From Candidatus Eiseniibacteriota bacterium (GTDB taxonomy: Bacteria > Eisenbacteria > RBG-16-71-46 > DASYSL01), in NCBI GenBank assembly GCA_031431875.1, contig JANPEF010000025.1, positions 1-27,951 of the forward strand: DNA of 27,951 nt, written 5' to 3'. Under the pieces are notes generated by a model. The model had not been told where the DNA came from and searched no databases. It saw only the letters and a program-made list of their open reading frames with translations. This document shows positions 27,041-27,951 of the stretch, in pieces (position 1 is the stretch's first letter; the number at the start of each line of letters is the position of its first letter). The position numbers were made by a program, and so were the translations under genes.

Positions 27041-27951
27041 TCCTCGCCCCCGGTCAGGCGCACGCGAGGATCGACCACGGCATACAGGAGGTCGACGACC
27101 AGGTTCACGAGCACGAACACCGTGGCCAGCAGCAGCACGCCGCCCTGCACCGCGCGGAAGTCGCGCGCCGACACGGCGAGCACGAGCCAGCGGCCCACAC
27201 CCGGCCAGGCGAAGATCGTCTCGGTGATGATCGCCCCGCCCAGCAGGTAACCGAACTGCAGGCCGATGACGGTGATCGTGGGAATGAGCGCGTTCTTGAA
27301 CACGTGAACCAGCAGCACGCGGCGCTCGGACAGGCCCTTGGCCCACGCGGTGCGTACGTAGTCCTGCGTCATCACGTCGAGCATCGCCGCGCGCGTCATG
27401 CGGGCAATCACCGCCAGCGGGATCGTTCCCAGCACGCACGCCGGCAGCACCAGGTGCCGCGCCACGTCGACGAACGAGTCGAAGCGCCCCGCCAGCAGCG
27501 TGTCGATCAGGAGGAAGCCCGTCGCGCGCGGCACCGCCATCGACGGATCGATGCGCCCCGCCAGCGGCAGCCAGCCCAGTTGCACCGAGAACAGGAGGAT
27601 GGCGAGGAGCCCCAACCAGAAGATCGGCATCGACACGCCGGCCAGCGAGCCCGCCATCACCGCCGCGTCGATGAACGAGCGGCGTTTGCGCGCGGCCAGG
27701 ATGCCCGCGGCGACGCCCAAGGTCGCGGCGAAGAAGATCGCCGCCAGAGCCAGCTCGAACGTCGCGGGGAAACGGTTGCCGATCTCGATCGCGACCTTCT
27801 CGCGCGTCTTCAGGGAGCGGCCCAGGTCACCCGACAGCAATCCCCTGAGGAAGCGGCCATACTGCTCGGGCAGCGGACGATCGAGGCCCAGCTCGGCGCG
27901 CAGTGCGGTCAGCGCCTCGGGCGTGGCGCGCTCGCCCAGCATGACCGCGGC
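27037..27951 (-). CDS. dppB: Dipeptide/oligopeptide ABC permease, DppB/OppB type (5' end outside window)
   Basis: LGLDRPLPEQY, GDLGRS, RFPATFELA, SMPIFWLG, QDYVRTAWAKGL, ITETIFAWPGVG, NLVVDLLYAVVDPR. Frame open to the window end. Confidence 0.92.
   Translation of the reverse strand, partial: AAVMLGERATPEALTALRAELGLDRPLPEQYGRFLRGLLSGDLGRSLKTREKVAIEIGNRFPATFELALAAIFFAATLGVAAGILAARKRRSFIDAAVMAGSLAGVSMPIFWLGLLAILLFSVQLGWLPLAGRIDPSMAVPRATGFLLIDTLLAGRFDSFVDVARHLVLPACVLGTIPLAVIARMTRAAMLDVMTQDYVRTAWAKGLSERRVLLVHVFKNALIPTITVIGLQFGYLLGGAIITETIFAWPGVGRWLVLAVSARDFRAVQGGVLLLATVFVLVNLVVDLLYAVVDPRVRLTGGEE

Overview
High-GC, Gram-negative bacterial chromosomal segment with 22 protein-coding genes, 20 on the minus strand. 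The lineage is inferred, not proven: an FCB-superphylum relative outside Bacteroidota, e.g. Eisenbacteria-like. The basis is an SprA homologue and FlgD/T9SS-type cargo together with ordinary sigma70 promoters and SD sites. Right to left: dppB (partial), dppC, TPR protein, ECF sigma, zf-HC2 anti-sigma, HtrA-like PDZ protein lacking the catalytic His, dps, 8-repeat secreted protein with a T9SS/FlgD-like C-terminal domain, aroB, aroQ, accB, pilT/pilU-family ATPase, DUF3800, accC, comB. Then lptF-lptG on the plus strand, divergent from sprA, followed by an M28/glutaminyl-cyclase-like lipoprotein and rimP-nusA-infB (partial). Most notable: (1) a DUF3800 RNase-H-fold gene with its own promoter and a structured 5' RNA whose loop is perfectly complementary to the ribosome-binding region; (2) an ECF/anti-sigma/PDZ pseudo-protease module; (3) a T9SS translocon next to a likely glutaminyl cyclase, with 'Q-rule' N-termini and clustered D-S/T-x sequons; (4) several apparently leaderless genes. 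No rRNA, tRNA, CRISPR array or transposase was seen.
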